NCBI GenBank assembly: GCA_002245135.1
Contig: NGBS01000881.1
Coordinates: forward strand, 1-64,000
Reading direction: 5' to 3'
Length of the DNA stretch: 64,000 bases
DNA from: Proteromonas lacertae
Lineage: Eukaryota
The notes beneath the pieces are model-generated. The model did no database searches and had not been told where the DNA came from. It saw only the letters and a program-made list of their open reading frames with translations. Of this stretch, positions 50,001-64,000 are shown piece after piece. The first letter of the stretch is position 1. Every line of letters starts with the position of its first letter. The translations under genes and the position numbers were made by a program.

Positions 50001-51113
50001 GTTTGTACCTAATACAGTGTTATCCACATATAATGTGCCTTTAAATAATGCATCAATATAACCACCTGTACAACTTTCAGGTATTTGAAAATCTCTTCTA
50101 AAGTATCCATTCTTATTCTGTACAGTCTTAATTGCAGGGAATGAACCAGTTGTCCAGCCATTTCCAGACCATCCTGGTCCTGTCCAACCAGCATATGGAT
50201 CATTTACATCCATCTTATAAATCCATTGCGAGAATTGAGGAATTGTGTCTTTATCTATTGTATGATAATGATCAAATGGAGTTCCTTGTGACATTAAATA
50301 TCCACCAGCTGTATAATAACTAATTAATGCACTTGATTCTCTATTACATTGTATAAGAAAGAATATATTTATACTGTTTATATTCTAAGATTACTCTTGT
50401 TCCACCAAAACATAATCCAGTTAAAGTGGAAGTTAATAAAACATCTTTTGTATAATGATTCAAGTCATCCTGATATAATTTAGCAATTACTTCATTTCCA
50501 TTAGTTTTTATATTGATTCTAGTCCTAAACTGCGTAGGATTATTCATATCATATCCTGTAAAACAGTCTTCACAATCTACAAAAAATGTAAATTTCTTTG
50601 AAATTGAATTTGAAGTCACTTGAGTAGTAATGACAAACATTTCACATGTTGTTTGTGGTTCAATTGTAAATACACCTTTTACATATTTGATGGATGATGG
50701 TAATGCGGTTAATGGAAGATAAGTAACATCTGTACAACCAGGACTTGGGTATAATCTAGTTGTTTCACCTAATTTATAATAGAATTTATCTCTTCCTGTA
50801 ATATGATATCTAGCTTTTGGTTCTCTTGCAACTATATAATATTATTATATTTTGTATATTAGATACTTAAACTAAACTCTTCCTCTACACTCATAACTCC
50901 ATTATGTATTGTATAAGAATCTTCATCGATATATAATATATGTTTATCACCTGACATTACAATTGCTGAAACAGTTCTATTAAACAATAAAAATAGTTAT
51001 ATATAATAATATTATACAAATCTCCAGGTACAATTGTGAGTTTGAACAGTGATGATTCTGTTTGATACATAAAATTGTATGTTCCAAATGGAAGATCTTG
51101 CTTCACTATTCTA

Positions 51114-51157
<44 letters not shown>

Positions 51158-54100
51158 CTGGATAGACTTAGATTCATCAAATAAATCATATTTTGCGAAT
51201 TTGGTTTGATCTCCAGATATAGTAAGAGTAACATAGAAAGTGTATTTTGTAGAAGGCCAATCAATTACTTCATATTTTATAATATCAGCAACTTTACCGA
51301 AATAATTACCAGCAAACATAGCAACAGTTGTTCTATTTACAATAATGATAATATAATAATAATACAATGGCACTAAATCAGTAGGATTTGCAGTAATAGT
51401 ACCTGTGTCAACAACCACATTAATATTTTGTATTTGATTCTCAGGTAATAAACCATATTGTAAAGGATTATTATTAGCTATTATCTTATATGCACATGGT
51501 TGATATCTTCCTTTATATAATGTAATAACTGTCGTAACTGCATCTAAACAATCATGAAGAGAAATAGAGGATGGTGATTGACCATCTAAGTAATAATAGT
51601 GTATATAATAATAATAATAATAATAATATACTTGTAACAGCAATATGAATTTTACCTTCTACAGCTCCTGTTAATGACATACAACTAACTGTATATTCTG
51701 TCATAGCTTTAGCTTCTTTTGGAGTACCACTGATACTTCCATCTAACTTTGATAGTATCAAACCAGATGGTAATGTTGGAGTTACAATACAATTGTAAGG
51801 TTGAGTTTTCTTATATATAAGTGTATTTTTGAATATTGTTGTATATTTTGGATAAGTAACTGGATCTCTAATATAACCTATATCTTCATTCATTTCTCCA
51901 TATATTCTATCCATCACTTTATCATTTGGATTATTTAAATAAACATAGAAACTAAAATACTTGTAACCTCTTGGTGCAGTAATATCAAATGAAATTGGAT
52001 AATATTCTCTACCTCTTGAATTGTCAAATAAAAATGATAAATCCAATATATTTATAATTGATGAACTACCAATATTGCCCCTTTTAAAAGTTTTCCCTAG
52101 AAATGTCATTGATACATAACAATTAGTCTATAATAAATATAAATTAGATTTATATATATGTATATATACAGTTATTGGTATTTTCCATTCTCCATATTCA
52201 GGAACATGAAATACACCTTCAATATGTATTCCTAACGGTTTATTCATATCAACAGGATAACCTTTTGAACCTTGATCATTGGATGGAAATTCAAAGGTAT
52301 AATCATTTGTAAAATCTTGAACTATTAGATTAGTATACACATTCTTATCATAAATAAATTCAGTTTCAGTTGACTCTAATATGAAATATTTCTTTATCAT
52401 CATTGTAGGTAAGGTTCTTAATACTTCAATTGATATTTTAGTGGTTATTGCTGTAAAATAAGATTGTACTTTTATTGTATAATCAATAGGATCAGTATAT
52501 ACCTTTGGAACACCAGAGATTAATCCAGTATTCTTATTAATAGTTATTCCATTTGGTAATGATGGTGAAATACTATAAATCGGATCAACATAATAATTCA
52601 TAGGTTTAAATGAAAAATCAGTTTCTAGATACTTCTGATAAGATTGTGATGGGTAATTTATATTATATGGAACTATTTCTGGATATATAAAATCACCTTT
52701 TAATAGTGTTTTACTTTGATATGAATTTGAATAATAAAATCTCAATAACATATCTCCTGTATAATCAGTTCTGTAATGATAAAACTTCATATGATGAGTT
52801 CCTTTATATAATCTTTTCTTTACAGTAAATGTTATGTCTTTCTGACAGTTTGTCTCAATGATAAATGGATCATTATCAATCTTCAAGGCTAATGCATGTT
52901 CTCCTTCCATTGTAAATGTCCATTGATCATATGATGTTGTTGAGGTTAAGAGAAATTCATAAGTCTCATAATAACGATTATCCACACCAGCTAAATAAAT
53001 AAAAGAAATGATATGATAAATAGTATTTATACTTAATGAATTTTTATTATTTATCACACTTATATATTGTTCACTATTTGCTTTAGTGAATTGATAATCC
53101 ATAATAACAAAATTACATCCTATTCTTACATTATCAAATTCTCTGTATTTTATTTTACCAACATAAGCTATAAAAATATAAACTTACATATGTATATATA
53201 TACATTCATAATTATCAAGTTGTTCAACTGCAGATATAACTATAGTAATTATCATTGTTTCAAATTTATTTGACATTATAATATTGAATGTTTTTCCTAC
53301 CATAACATTAGTAGGTTTTCCACCAATTGTACATTCATTCGTAATAACAAATCCAGTAGGTAAATTTGGACTAACTTCACAATCACTTACTAAAAATGGA
53401 TATTTTAATGCATAATTGAGATTATAATTGGAATTAACTACATATATTAATTCATCTACATCATATGTATTATCTTTCAATTCACCTACAAGATGTATAG
53501 ATATAAATTTAGAAAATGTGTAAGTTTGAACTGTCACTTTTACTTCTGTGCCAAAATACACAGGTTTTGTGCCATTTATAATGAAATTACCACTATCTTT
53601 ATCAAAATGAATACCTTCTTCAGGTAAATCATCAGTTATAGTAAATAGCTGATCAAAGGGAGTTAATTTTGTAGCTGTTAAAACACATTCATTACCAATT
53701 TTGCAGAATAAATCATAAACATCATATTCAAATTTTGGTTGTTTTTTAATTGTAATTGTTATATTTGTTTTTAAACTACCTCCATCATTTGTAACTGTAA
53801 TAAAAAACATTTTTGCATTTAAAGATGATGTAGGTGTTCCTGAAATAATACCTGTTTTACTATCAACAGTTAAACCATCAGGCAAATCATTATTATCACA
53901 GCTAAATGTTGAATCTAATGCAAAATAGGTTGGAACAATTAAATTATTAGTATAAACTTGTTCAAGAATCTCAAACTCATTTGGTTCATAATAGAAATAA
54001 GATGGTTTTTCAGTTATACAATGAGATATTGGTTTATCATATACAGGTGGTAAATTCTTGTTATTATTATTCTTTCTTAAACATAATCTAGTAATATTTC

Positions 54101-57100
54101 CTGTATAACCATTTGGACAATTTATAACTGAATTCTCACCTTGTTTTGTATAACCCCAATCATTATCATCATCTATGGGAGGATTACATTTATTCATTAT
54201 ATTCACATGTATTGAAACAAATGATACTATTTTACCACCTTCATTTGAATATGTTATTATATATGTTTGTGTTTTATACTTCTTTGGTGTTCCACTGATT
54301 ATGCCATTATTTGGATTAAATATTAAACCAATGTCAGATATATCAGGTTCAATAGTAAATCTACCATTCTCTACTATTTCATAGTTGGGTTTAATGGATG
54401 GATTTATTTCATCATATATTTCTACATCATAATAATCTTGAGGATATGTTAAATAAGATGGAGGGTTATGAATGCAATTACTTATATCAATTGTATTCAA
54501 TTTAGAAGGTGATAAATTTTCACAAAGTTTGGTTGTATAGCCAATATAACCATCTGGACATTTACCTTTACTTAATTTATTGTTTTTGACAATTGACCAA
54601 TCAGATTCAATACAGTAATCATTAGATAAATCAATTATTTTAGTGAATAAATCAATTGAACCAACACTTATACCACTTACACTACCTTTAGTTTCTAAAA
54701 ATTCAAATGTATAATGCAAAAAAGGAGATGTATTAATAAACGTATAAACATATTCAGTATTAATATCTAAACTCTCATCTGTTTGTGTATCTAATAAAAC
54801 CCATTTTGATTTATTACTATCCCAATCTTTACAATCAATATTGTCAACAGTAGTACCATAAAACTTCCAAGATTTTGGTATTGAATCATCTGTATTTCCT
54901 GTTGTTATTTTATATGATGTAATTGTCTCAAAATGTAAATCTTTTCTAATAAAACAAATCTTTGGTTCTGTTACAGATGTTAAATATTCATCAGCTGGAT
55001 CAATACTAATTATAAAATGAGGATCTTCTGTAGCTGTAGATTGCACAACAGATGATGATATAGAAAATAAACCAGACCTGGAAGTGATATTACCTTTTAT
55101 ATAAGACATATAAAAGTCAAATACTGTTGGTTTTATTTCTACAGTTGATGATGATGGATTTTGATGGATTTCTACAGCAATTACATTCGTTGTTCCACTT
55201 ATTAAGAAAGATGATAATATTGAGAATGTAATATAATCATTAATATTATCTTTAAATGAATTAGTCTCACATTTAGTGGATGACAATATTGTATTTCCAA
55301 TAATGTTATATCTAAACACTTCAAATCCATTCACATACATAATAAAACAACTATTCATTTTAATACCAATATCTAATACTATATTATTGTTCAACAAATC
55401 ATCTGTCTTTACATTATTTAAGGTATAACGGTAATATTGAGAATTAGTAGTAAATAACGGATAGTCATTATAAATACCAATATTCCAAGATAAATCATTA
55501 TATTTGGGTATCATCCAATTAGAATCAATCTCACTATTTGTAGAGAATAAATACTTCCATGATGATTGTGGAGATATAATAAAATTAGTAGCAAATAAAA
55601 CAGAAGCAATACTTCTATCTTCATATTTATATTTAATTAATTGATTATTGTTTTCATCTTTAATACTAAACACTGTTATTTCATTGGTTGATGTTGGTTG
55701 AAATGATAATTTATATGTATCAGTTGAACTACAAAATGATTGAGTATATGGTGATAATAATGAAATAGAATTAATTAATTTAATATTATCATTATCAGAT
55801 ACTTTCTCCAATACAACAGTCTGTCTTGGTCCTTCCATCAAATTAAATGTAAAATAAAACTGATTGGTGAAACATCCAATAATGGTTATAGTGATTCTAG
55901 TTTCACTACAACTCTCATATCCACAAATAGTGACTATATATGATTTTTTACTCTGAGCAATTGTTGGAATACCACTAATTGATCCATCAGTGTTAGATAT
56001 TGTTATTCCATCTGGTAATAATGGCTCGGTTGTAATTGATAAGAATGTATTTGATGTAATTATTGGTGTTGTTATAAAAGACTCATATACTTTAACATTA
56101 ATGTCAGAATCTGCATAGGATATACTTAATGATATTTTACTAATAACAAACGAAATAGTTTTTGTTTCTACAGTTATTGTATCTTGATCTATTATATCAT
56201 TGGATAAATAATGTATGACATAATCAAAAGTGGATGTAGACTTTGAATTACGAATAAAGAATGTATGTGGACCAACAGCTGTGGTACAAACCATATATTC
56301 GTTTAATGTTAATATATCTTTTTCAGATATACTCTTTTCAAAGATTGCTGAACCATCTGGATTGTAGGTTATTAATAGTAATGTATTATTATTACTTGTA
56401 AACTTTATATTTGATAATTCCAATATAAATGGAGTTTTAGTACAGGTTTCAATGTAAATATTCAAACTCATACAATTCTCACCATAATTATTATATCCAC
56501 AGACTGTTAATTCATATTCAGTATATTTTGTTTCTAATATTTTACCAGTTATTCTTCCAGTTAGCGGATTCATTTCTAATCCTTGTAATATATTTGGTGA
56601 ATAATAATAATTAATGGTGTTATAATTCTTTATTACTACTGCTGGAAACTCTATACCAATAGTACAACTAGCATTTGTTACTGGTTCATTATCTAATGAA
56701 TAAAATCCAAAGTAAGGGTTTTCATTATCCAATACTGTTATTGATATAGTAGTAGATAAAACAATTTCATTATTATTTACATTACACAAAACAGTATAAA
56801 TCACTTTATCTATTGTCTTCATGGTTATTCCACTGATTATACCATTATTTGGATTTAATTTCAATCCTTCTGGTAATTCTGGAGATATTGAATAATGAAG
56901 AATAGAATTAGATACAATACCAATTAAATTTGGTTCATTTGATGGAATGGTAATATTATATTGATAAATCATATTAATATATTTATAATCAAATGAATAA
57001 ATAGGATAATAAGTAAATGCTGATTTAGGAATAACACTTAATGGATTGTTATTGCTTTGCCATAATAATTCAATATAATGACTATCTTCTACTTGAATAT

Positions 57101-58584
57101 ACACTACTTTTATGTTCATTATTCTATTCATATTATCAATATATAATGTATATGAAATTGGATCTTCCATCTCATTCGAACATGTAGTTTTAGACATTAC
57201 TAATTCATCATTCAAATAGATATAAGATTCATCATTAGAATATAAGAATACAATCCATTTTCCTGTTGATGGAAATCCTATTTTACCTTCCCAAACACTT
57301 ATGAAATGATCATATATTGGAATATTAACCCATTTATCATAAATATTATCTTTATTAAAATATGATACTATTTCACTAGTTATTGTGATAGATGGTTTAT
57401 AAAGTGATAAATCTGTTAATATATTGGAACTTTCATCACATGGATTTTAAACTAGATATTTCATAAAGCTTGAATAACAAGCCATTTGGTAGTTTATTCA
57501 TTACTTGTAATGTAAACTTATAATTAGTTGAACCTTCTTTACTATTTGCCGTAATTGTATATTGAACTATATTATTCTCATATATTGATGATGTAGATGT
57601 AACACTTCCACTGATAATTCCAGTTTTACTATCCATCCACATTCCTGTTGGTAATGATGGATTAATTGAATAAGATAATGATGGTGAAGTATTATGAATA
57701 TATGGCTCAAAACTAACTATCTCATTGTTCAATATATTCAATTTCATTGTTGGATATTGTAAATACTTTGGCACTTGATAGTCATGGTGTAATTGAGTAA
57801 TTGGTATTCTTCTTGGGTAAATTTGACTGGAGAATATTAATTTAAGCATTGGAAGCAATGCATTTGATGATGTAGACACAGTATGATGATAGAATAACAC
57901 AAATGGGACATATTTTGAAGAATCGATATGTACAGACACATTTTTGTACGAATATTCACATTTTAATGATTCTATTGATGCCCTTGAATTAATAATAAAA
58001 CGATATTCGCTGTTGGTTTCAACATAGAACAAATAATCACCAGATCTTGGTAAGTATACATAACCAGAGAATTGAATTAAATGATTTGAAGTAAATAACG
58101 ACCAGAATGATGAGGTTGTGTCAAAAACCAACTCATCTATATAATCACGTAAATCTACAATATCAGGATAAGAGTTAATTTTTAAATCAAACAGCATATT
58201 TGTGTTACATAAATCAGAAGTTTTCCATGCTTTATAAAGGACTTTTGTTGGAACATCTTCAGTAACAACTGATATTAAAATAACTTCTTCATAATTTCTA
58301 ATTGTAGATTGTATTGTTATATTGGTTGGAGAATTAAAAACGTCTTTTGTTGGAATACCAAAAATTGAACAATCCTCGTTATTAAAACTTAAACCTTCTG
58401 GTAAATTACTATGAATCTCACAATGTATCACATGCTCATCGCTTTTGAAGTGTGGTTTAAAATCAACAACTTCCAAGCCATTAGTTAGCTTTATTTCCTT
58501 TATTCCATAACCACCAATCTCTATATCTCTATATTCGTAAGATAGAGTGAAGCTAATATATAATAAACACAAAAAAAGATTCAT
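38087..58584 (-). CDS. Giant type I membrane protein (probably one ~20.5-kb gene): putative-Ig repeats, PA14-like domains, repeated jelly-roll carbohydrate-binding-like domains and Cys-Trp modules
   Basis: Signal peptide at 58584 (MNLFLCLLYISFTLS) and single TM at ~38140-38215. The junctions I checked (near 57440, 53200, 43945, 38300) are bridged by 1-nt shifts or short introns. Recurrent motifs SLPxGLxxxxxxGxISGxP and WKY...W....Y.D..W...YFRK.F...G.I.Y.NG...N.IAVE.H. Confidence 0.7.
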
Positions 58585-58696
58585 TGAAACAACAGGTTAA
58601 CGAAAAACTAATATTTTCAAACACCCATTTCAAGAACATTCTAAAAATACTTTATAATGATTAAATTAATGAAAACATAGTACAAACGGCTATATC

Positions 58697-60319
58697 TTAT
58701 ATCATTTTATTCGCTTGGTTGTTAAATTTTTCATCCAGTTTGGTTAATAGTTTATGACTCAAGGATAAACTATAAGCTGTTTCAAGTATTTCTTCAGTGT
58801 TTATTTCCAAAGGAATATTTTTAAAAGTAGGAAGAAATTCTTCACTGTCTGTTAAGTTAATTAATTTTTCTATTCAAACATAAAATATGGTTATATTATA
58901 TATATATTATACTCGAATAGACTTTAAATATTGCCAAAGTAATTCTATAAATCACTTTCCAACCTTCATTTAAAAAAGCATCCCAAACTCTAACGACAAA
59001 ATGAAATGGGAATGATCTAGTAAATATTGTTAAAATCCACTAAATAAATAATATTAAATTTAGGTAATATACATCCATAATTAAATTGTGTGCTATATCA
59101 ATTTCTAAATCTAGAATGTGATGATATAGTTTGTTACAATTCTGATCAAGCAGATAAATGAACTATACAAATAATAATAATATTTATATATATATATACA
59201 TTGTGTGCAAACCTTTCAAACTTCTCAAAACTACCAATAAACAATGGTTTCAAATCATATTTAGGATGATTCATTACAGTATATAACATATAAAAACTCT
59301 GAGTCTCTGATAGATATGATAAAAAGAATCCAGCTAAATAATTCATTCCTTGACAATATCCAATCTAAAATAATAATAATAAAACAATATATATACTGCT
59401 GGATCTTTAAGTGCATAAGCTATCAATACTCTTTTCAACATATGTTGACCATAAGTTCCTTTTCCTTGAAACATTTCTAAGTCAGGAAGTGTTCTCATTA
59501 AATCTCTTTCAATATCACCTCCAATACAGGTTGCTGTAGTTGGTTTTAATATTCCACAACTGTGTTTGTTTAATAAATCTTCATATTCGTTTTTAATATA
59601 TTCATTATCTGCTGTTGATACTTCCATCCATATTTGTGAACGAAATGCATCTGGAATTCCTTTTCTAATCCTTTTTTTGAATTTTTCTTCGTTTTGACTT
59701 TTGTATTGCAATAGACCTTTTTCTATCATTTTCATCCATTTTCTTTGTCGTAATATTTCCACTTTTTGTGCCTCTGTGTCTTTTGGACTTGTTGGACAAA
59801 GGATATCTACTGATGATATACCATATCGATCAAATCGATGCTTGAATTTCCTTTGAGATTGTATAAGAGAATTAAGTGATTCTGTTGATAGTATGACAGC
59901 TGGTGAGTTTTCATCACTAATTCCTGCTATAAAAACTGGTGGTGAAGATAAATCTATTTTTAAATTTAATATATACATATCTTATAATACGTTTAGCATG
60001 ATGAATCCATTTTTGAGCTGGGCTTTCAGGAGTTGTTGGTAATTCCATAGCTGGATTAGATAATTGTCTTTGCTTTCTTATAGTTGCTGGTTGAGTATGT
60101 GGAAGTTGATCTTCCTCTTGGAATTTAATTCTACTGTGTGGTGTTTTGTTTGGAGCACTTAGAAAAGAAATGTTTGATCCAGAACCTTCCATTGGACCTA
60201 CATTAAATGAGATATTCAATAATATTATAATACTCATATCAGAAGGGGATAATGATGTTATCTTCTCTAGACCATAATATAAAAGAGATACTTGGTGAAT
60301 CATAATTGCAATCAGTCAT
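58697..60319 (-). CDS. TBC-domain Rab GTPase-activating protein, multi-exon
   Basis: DRYG, RIRKGIPDAFRSQIW, IERDLMRT, YCQGMNYLAGF after splicing, and downstream RVWDAFLNEGWK. Several short introns. Confidence 0.88.
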
Positions 60320-60475
60320 AATATATTATTTTGAATGTCTTTTTGTTATTAACCTAAAATCACTCAAAAATATTAAAAAATTTGATTTTTCAAAATAGAA
60401 TTGAATGTGTGTTTTTAACTGTTATTTTTTAACATAAAAATGAATAATACAATAATAAATATTTTACATCTCTAT

Positions 60476-62198
60476 TTAACTAACGACATCACTTTTTCCT
60501 AATTTTACCGCTCTGTAGGAAGGTATAGCAACTGCATTATCATCATCCACTATAATATCATATACAAATCCATTAAATTCATATCTAATATATAATTCCA
60601 TCTCTACATCATCAACTTTATAAAACCCTAACAAATTACTTCTTGAACCATTATAAATCTTTAATTTTGAATCTCTCACAAAATACTGTAAAGGTATTTT
60701 TACATCTTGAACAAAGTCAGACTGTCTAGACATATCAGTCTTAGGATAATAATAAGCTTCTATAATAACCAATCCATTTATATCTTTCTCTTTTTCTTTA
60801 TTCATTTCAGCTGTATTTTTCATTATTTGAATTTGAGAATTTGCTTTTATTCTTCTAAATGAATATTCTTCTTCATTTTGTAGTTGTTTTCTCAGAGATT
60901 TAACTTCCTTCAGATCCTTATAATAAGGATGAATGAAATATTTATATAACAAATACATTGCAGTTGGTATGATAGTATATAAACCATAATCCATTAGTGA
61001 TGGTAAAGTATAATAATAAATTGGAATAATATATCGACATGGACCTCTTTGAAACTTCAACTTCCATATTAAACCTTTCGTTAAACTTAATACACTATGA
61101 ACTGCTACTTTTGTATTATTATTTAATATATGGCAATATCCAGTGGAAATATTTGTATCACTTAATCCTATTTCTCCACTTAAATGTAATTTACTTGTAT
61201 CAGGGATTAATTCATTGGTATATTTCAATGAGACAGATGTAGCACCACATATCAAATCAAAAGTTTGTGTATGAACCGGTTTTGGAATTGTATAGAATAT
61301 TCTGAATTGAATATCTGACTTTATTAATGAAAATGATATTTCTGCAAATAATGAGTCTGTTATTTGTTTATTGGTTGATATAGTGAAATTTCTACCTTCT
61401 AATCGATAATGATCATATTGTAACTTCACTAATATGTCACTTCCAGGGTTAAAATCTGCTTGAAGGTTATATCCAAAATTTTCTGACAATCTTAGACTTA
61501 CTCTTCCACTTATATATTGATTATATTGGTGATTCAAAATTGCAACTAATGCGCCGTATACTCCAATATTTTCTTCAGAAGAAACCATAGATGATAGAAT
61601 TAATGCAGTCTTATCAGATACAGGTGTATAACTTTTCTATAAATAGATAATAAAACAGAAATTAATACATTTGTAATTGACATACCAGTAAATAAATGCT
61701 TTTTTAATTTTGGATTTGCTAATGTTGTTAAATCAAGATCAAACTCAACTGCATTCGTTGTTCCCATTTGTTGAGCATATTTGAAAAACGCTTTTCTAGC
61801 TAAATATTGTTCTATTGTCTCATCAAACTATTAATATTGTATATGTAAACATATAAATACAGCTCTATAATCATTTCTTACTAAAATATTGTCTTCAAGC
61901 AAATCTACTCCCTATTTAAAACATATATAGATTTAAATAATGATTATACACTGTCTCCTATAAGATCATAGGCTTTTCTCTTATCTGGATTTGAAAGAAC
62001 GGTGTAAGCATCATCTATCATATGAAAGCTTTCTGTTGACTGATCTTTAAGGGAATTAACTTGTTTGTCAGGATGAAAAGTCAAAGAGAGTGATTTATAT
62101 GCTGTTTTTATTTCATCTTGGGTTGCCTATATATTTTAAATAATATATAAAATAATTTATACGTTTGTTGGAACATGCAAAATCGAATAATAATCCAT
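60476..62198 (-). CDS. DNAJC11: DnaJ homolog subfamily C member 11-like protein, multi-exon
   Basis: J-domain MDYYSILHVP...IKTAYKSLSLTFHPDK...AYDLIG. C-terminal DUF3395-type GLVIIEAYY...DVKIPLQYFVRDSKL...LLGFY...LYIRYEF. Confidence 0.88.
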
Positions 62199-62362
62199 TT
62201 TCTAATTATGGTTAATGAAAAATTCTAATAGAATATTTTGATAAACCCAAATAGTAGTTTTTTGTTTTTTGATAAAATTTGAATATGGTATTCTCAGGAA
62301 TCGTTCCTCGGTATTTTATTTTTTCTTTATTATGCGATAGTTTGCAGACTAAAGTGTGTTCA

Positions 62363-62823
62363 ATGCCCATAGTTGAGAAATTCCCATTAGTCAAAAGATT
62401 CTTAATGCACCCTGCAGGACCTTTCACAAGTATACTTAATATTTAAACTTTAGTTCATTTTTGGGCACCAACATGCAAATGGGGTATTTCATTGGCTAAT
62501 ATACTTGATATATCAAGACCAGTTGAAAATATGTCAATTCCACAACAATGTGGTATAATATTAACCAGTAATGTTATATATTTTTAGCTGTATCATTAAC
62601 AGGTGTGCTTTGGTCATATTATAGTATGGTAATTATTCCAAAGAATTGGAATTTATTCAGTGTAAATGTAGCTATGGGTGCAACTGGTCTTTATCAATTA
62701 TATAGAGTGTGTAGATTTAAGTTGGCTCAAAGAAATCAACCAAAATTAATAACACCAAGTGAAAATAATGCTGAGGTAGTTGCTGAACCAGTGACTCCAG
62801 CAGTGAAAGATATTAAAGAGTAA
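62363..62823 (+). CDS. MPC2: Mitochondrial pyruvate carrier (MPC2-like); introns 62430-62453 and 62553-62587
   Basis: Spliced product reads HPAGPFTIHFWAPTCKWGISLANILDISRPVENMS...TGVLWSYYSMVIIPKNWNLFSVN...GLYQLYR. Confidence 0.92.
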
Positions 62824-62921
62824 TATGAGTGAATTTATCATCATATATTAAATATAATCTGTTTCATGTGTATAATTTCTATTGTTTTTTATAAAAGAGT
62901 TTTAATAATAAATAATTTAAC

Positions 62922-64000
62922 TTAACAATCTAGTTGCTGATCATCTTCATCATTAAAAGATCTTTTGTGATAATTATTACTATTTCTTCCTCTGTTATTA
63001 TTATTATAACTATGATTATTATTATTAAAATCATCAAAATTTCTATGTGTTGAAAAAGAGTTATTTCTTCTATAATTACCATTATTGTTGTTGCTATTAT
63101 AATTTCTTCCTCTTCCTTCTCTATTATTGTTATTATTTCTATATCTGCTATTACTGTTATTATTATCATTTCCTTGACGATGATAAGATGATCTACTAAA
63201 GAACTTTGCATCTTCTTCATCTGTAAACAATTCATCTTCTTTATTCAATAAACTAACAGCTCTTAATAAAGCATTTTCATATCCAAACTTCTCATTCAAT
63301 TGATCCATCAATGGTTGTAATGATTTAATATTTGGTTTTGCACCATTTATCATATCCATTATATATGAATTAGTAGATGCTTCAATAGATTTACTCTCAA
63401 TATTATCTAACTTAAACTCAGTGAATGAATTATGTATTTGTTTTTGAATATAATATATATCATTCATTTCCCTTTGAGATATTAAACTAATACATGTTCC
63501 TTTCTTTCCAGCTCTACCTGTTCTTCCACTTCTATGGATATAGGATTCAATATCAAGTTTTCTTGATTGATAACGTGGTAAATTTAAATTCATAACTAAA
63601 TCTATGTTATTAATATCTAATCCTCTAGACGCAACATCAGTAGCAATTAATATTTTCATATTTCCATTTCTTTTAAACTCATTGATAGTATTTAATCTTT
63701 GATTCTGAGATATATCTCCATGCAAAACACCTGATATTCTATTACCTAGTTTAGATAATAAAATATCACAATCTTTCTTCCTTTCACAGAATATCAATGT
63801 CTTTCCATTGTTATTATTATCATTATTACTTTTACAACATTGATTATGTATGTTATAAATCAATGATTTAGTAGGAAAAGGGTGATTATTAGGTAATAAG
63901 AAATAACAATGGTTTACATCAGTTGAAGCTTTCTTGTCTGTAGTTAAATTAATAATTAATGGCTTCTTTGCCATATATACGTTAATTACTTGATCAATCC
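62922..64000 (-). CDS. DEAD-box RNA helicase, C-terminal part (DDX21/50-like), with Asn/Arg-rich tail; start lies beyond the window
   Basis: TLIFCERK, LHGDISQNQR, ILIATDVASRGLDI and YIHRSGRTGRAGKKG. Confidence 0.92.
   Translation of the reverse strand, partial: IDQVINVYMAKKPLIINLTTDKKASTDVNHCYFLLPNNHPFPTKSLIYNIHNQCCKSNNDNNNNGKTLIFCERKKDCDILLSKLGNRISGVLHGDISQNQRLNTINEFKRNGNMKILIATDVASRGLDINNIDLVMNLNLPRYQSRKLDIESYIHRSGRTGRAGKKGTCISLISQREMNDIYYIQKQIHNSFTEFKLDNIESKSIEASTNSYIMDMINGAKPNIKSLQPLMDQLNEKFGYENALLRAVSLLNKEDELFTDEEDAKFFSRSSYHRQGNDNNNSNSRYRNNNNNREGRGRNYNSNNNNGNYRRNNSFSTHRNFDDFNNNNHSYNNNNRGRNSNNYHKRSFNDEDDQQLDC

Noticed and set aside
51118..51153. (AT)n tract and similar (TAT)n/(AT)n runs at ~7168, ~22451 and ~51606
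   Set aside because: Ordinary microsatellites in introns or intergenic DNA.
62212..62427. 71-aa minus-strand ORF
   Set aside because: Overlaps MPC exon 1 antisense and the divergent promoter; no motif.

Overview
Very AT-rich eukaryotic DNA with tiny GT-AG introns (24-42 nt where resolved). A stramenopile, possibly Blastocystis/Opalinata-like, is inferred from a mastigoneme-type EGF module and large putative-Ig surface proteins; the organism itself cannot be identified from this window. The main feature is a 14.8-kb Maverick/Polinton-like element (4437-19253) with ~180-bp terminal inverted repeats and a 6-bp target-site duplication (TTCATC). It interrupts a host membrane-protein gene whose frame is restored when the element is removed. 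It encodes a protein-primed family B DNA polymerase split by one in-frame TGA, a set of paralogous Cys4 zinc-finger proteins, two possible OB-fold proteins and a three-intron gene. I see no integrase, capsid, packaging ATPase or maturation protease. A 639-bp TG...CA foldback element with its own 5-bp TSD is nested inside it. Host genes: a UrtA/AmiC-like plus class C 7TM receptor, a bacterial-type sirtuin, two giant putative-Ig surface proteins (one with a 969-bp tandem repeat), a TBC RabGAP, DNAJC11, a mitochondrial pyruvate carrier and a DEAD-box helicase. Many 1-nt frameshifts suggest consensus errors. All assignments come from reading motifs by eye; no searches were run.
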